64,000 nt of DNA from assembly GCA_964016885.1 (NCBI GenBank), contig OZ024741.1, positions 207,390,001 to 207,454,000 of the forward strand, in the 5' to 3' direction. Under the pieces are notes generated by a model that had not been told where the DNA came from, did no database searches, and saw nothing but the letters and a program-made list of their open reading frames with translations. This stretch comes from Eledone cirrhosa. Lineage: Eukaryota. This document shows, one piece after another, positions 61,301-64,000 of the stretch (the first letter of the stretch is position 1; every line of letters begins with the position of its first letter). The position numbers and the translations under genes are program-made.

Positions 61301-63882
61301 GACCACAAATTTGTGATCTGTGAGATCAACATAGACAGACTTCATAGACAAGGATCCGGTTACTGGTGTCTTTCCTGGCGCGCAAAGTCTACAGAGACCG
61401 GATTAGCGTATTAGTTAAGCGGGCGTTGACGGGAGCGGTCGTCAACAACAGGTGGTGGTTCACCCTGAAAAGAGCAATTAAAGTAGAGTCGATTAGGTTT
61501 AGCAAAGGACTAGTGATAGAGGAGAGATTGGCACTCGACCAATTCTTCAACGCAAAACACGAAGGCTGCGTTGTCAGAGCTCGAGCGCATGCTCTGAAAC
61601 ACGAGGGGACAAAAGCCGTCCAATGGGCCCGGGTGGCAGAGGCGCGACGTGGCAACAGAGCCACAATTCGGTCTTTGTCTGAACAAAACGGGCGCGTGTT
61701 GCTCGAACCCGAACAGATGTGTGAGGCTTTTCAGCAGCACTCTGCTGAACTGTTTGGGAGAAAACTGGGCCGGATCGGGGTATGGACTTCAGTGCATACC
61801 TTGACGGGCTGCCTCGGCTCTCGACGACCGCAGCACAGTGTTGCGAAAAGCCAGTAACAGCCGGTGAAATACGTGAAGCAATGGCTAACTGCATGAGGGG
61901 TAAATCGCCAGGTTTGGATGTTCTGCCCTACGAGCTTTGTGAATTTATGCCAGACTTGTTCGGTGACCTCTTGGCAGATGTCTACTGCAACTGGCAGCAG
62001 AACGGGAGCATTCCCAGTTTTGTGAGCCGGGGAGTGGTGGAGCTGATGAGAAAAGACCCGAAAAAGGAGGATGTTATCGATAACTTCAGGCCCATAACCC
62101 TGCTAAATGCAGAGTTCAAGATTTTGGCCAAGGTGTTAGCAACGAGGTTGGCGCTTGTCGTCGAGGGTCTGGTGGGAGACATGCGCCATCTCGGACAATC
62201 CACACACGACAACCACCACCTCATGCGATACATCGTAGAGAGGGTGGTTAAGGAACGTGGCACGGGTGGGTCCCTGATCAACTTGGATCAATGTTAAGCA
62301 TTCGATAGGGTCGACACGTCCAGGTGCTCGGTACCGCTCTCAAGGTGACAGGAGTAAAGATTAACCAGGAAAAGACGGTGGGCTTGCAGCTCGGCACCTG
62401 GAGAGGCAAGTCCATGCCGTCGTGGGGTGTTGGACGGACGGACTGGTTAAATTGCTCGGGGTCTGGTTCGGACCGGACCTCCAGATAGATAAAAACTGGA
62501 GCGAGGTGATGAGCAGGGTGGCCTCCCTCACCCAGAAATGGGACGAGAGGAAGCTTCCCTGAAAGGCCCGGCGGAGGTGGTGAATGCGTACATTGCATCC
62601 GTCATCTGCTACCGCCTCACCGTCGTCCCTTGCCCCAGCCCAATTCTCACCAAAATGGAGCGCCTCCTATTCCGCTTTTTGTGGAAGGGACGTGCTCCCA
62701 TGGTCAGACGATCCATCTGCTGTCAACACCCGTTGCGTGGATGTCTGGGCATGCCATGGCTGATGATGCGCAAACATGCGCTGAGGCTGCGACATCTCTG
62801 GTGCTTCTTTGATGGTGAACAGGTGTGGTCGCCGTTCGCCAGGCACATCTTCCCACAGCTCGTCTCCTTAACGGAGTTGCAGTCGTGGGTCAGGAAAAGA
62901 CCGAGGGATAGCGCTTGGAAACTGGTATGTCTCCAAGCACACACCGCCCTCTGCCAGCTGGGCACCAGTATCGGTGGAACATCCACCATGACGTTCTATA
63001 GAGGACTAATGGAGGGGAAGAGCGACAACGTTCTCGGAGAAATCCTGGGCGTCGAAGAAGATCAGATGTTTGCTCTCTTCCAGAGAATTTTCAGCCCAGA
63101 GCCTATGGATAACTTCCAAAAGTCCCTGGCCTGGCAGTGCTACCGGGGAGCATTGCCAGTTTGAGATAACCTCTACAGGCATAGAAGTGCCGTCAGCCGA
63201 GCCTGTCCGAGATGCGCGCAGAGCGACGAAACCGTCGTGCACGCACTCGTTCAGTGCCCGAGCATTGCTGACTTGTGGAGCTATGTCGAACAGTTGCTGT
63301 CACGTGTAGGACTGATCCGGTTATCGACTGAGTCCATTGTGCAGATGGTCTCCTCGTCTTCCTTCAAGGAGGAAGGGCAGGCGGTTTTCATCTGCCTGGT
63401 GGCCATGGCGAAAGAGATTGTGTGGTGGACACGGTTGAAAGGATTGAAGACAGACACTTTCCTCTTCAGCGAAACCCTAATTAACTTTTTCAAGTTTCAC
63501 TTGAAGAGGAAAATCAGGGTGGAGAGGCAAGTGCTGCCTTCTAGCAAGTTTGTTGAAAGGTGGGTGAATGTAGCGAGAATGGTCCGAGTGAACGGGACCG
63601 CTCTGAATATATGCCTGTAGTTTGAGAGAGGGCGCTTGTCCTGGTGTTCAGGGTGGCTGTGGTCTTTTGTGTGGTTTTCGCCACGCGTAACCCTCGGAGG
63701 TTCCCCTCTGTTGGGGAATTTTTCATTGTTTATATATATATATATATGTTTCTGTCTTTTTCTTTTCTTATATAAATAATAAAATCTTTACATGCACAAA
63801 ACCCACATCGTACCATCCTGTACCGTCTGTAATGTTTTTCTTGATGTCAGCCCTTGTGGCCAATAAAGAAATCATTATTATT
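58361..63882 (+). mobile_element. Near full-length L1/Tx1-type non-LTR retrotransposon, disrupted
   Basis: ORF1 from 58568 (Asn-rich N-terminus, CYLCGSKVHLRAFC zinc knuckle). ORF2 from 60631: IGSINVRGL, VAVYAP, SYLDRV, TDHK, KSPGLDVLPYE, NFRPITLLNAEFKILAK, GxLGMP, and a C-terminal C..C..ET..HAL..C finger, ending 63620. Part of RT is deleted near 62315. AATAAA and an (ATT)n tail. Confidence 0.93.
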
Positions 63883-64000
63883 GGGGGTGGATTGGCAGTA
63901 TCGGTAGAGGGTCGGACGCCATGCTTTCCAGCATAGTTACGTCCCTTTACGATCTGAGTTCAAATCCCGCCGAGGTTCACTTTGCCTTTCATCCTTACGG
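63883..64000 (+). mobile_element. SINE family A 5' part (runs off the window)
   Basis: ggtggattggcagtatcggtagag..ctgagttcaaatcccgccgaggttcactttgcctttcatcc. Confidence 0.85.

Overview
AT-rich, repeat-dense animal genomic DNA, most likely a coleoid cephalopod (Octopus-like). That assignment is inferred from the SINE types, the RTE and Penelope load and the (TA)n density; it is not proven. Two spliced host genes sit head-to-head. The first is a complete 9-exon RAD51D on the minus strand (27496..17624; 957 nt, 318 aa, all GT-AG introns). The second is the 5' end of a mitochondrial-type thioredoxin reductase (TXNRD2-like) on the plus strand, with a candidate presequence exon at 27906-27999 and an FAD-binding exon at 55495-55566 about 27.5 kb downstream. 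The rest is mobile DNA: five Penelope-like elements (three with inverted terminal segments; five hammerhead or hammerhead-like cores), a non-autonomous LTR element with two tRNA-Trp primer sites, several RTE LINE copies, a near full-length L1/Tx1-type LINE, two SINE families whose 3' tails match LINEs in the window, a mariner relic, tandem Helitron-like units, foldback elements and microsatellites. Most short ORFs in the supplied track are microsatellite or antisense artefacts. I found no clearly new multi-gene system; the best leads are RNA- and retroelement-level features. All alignments and folds were done by eye.
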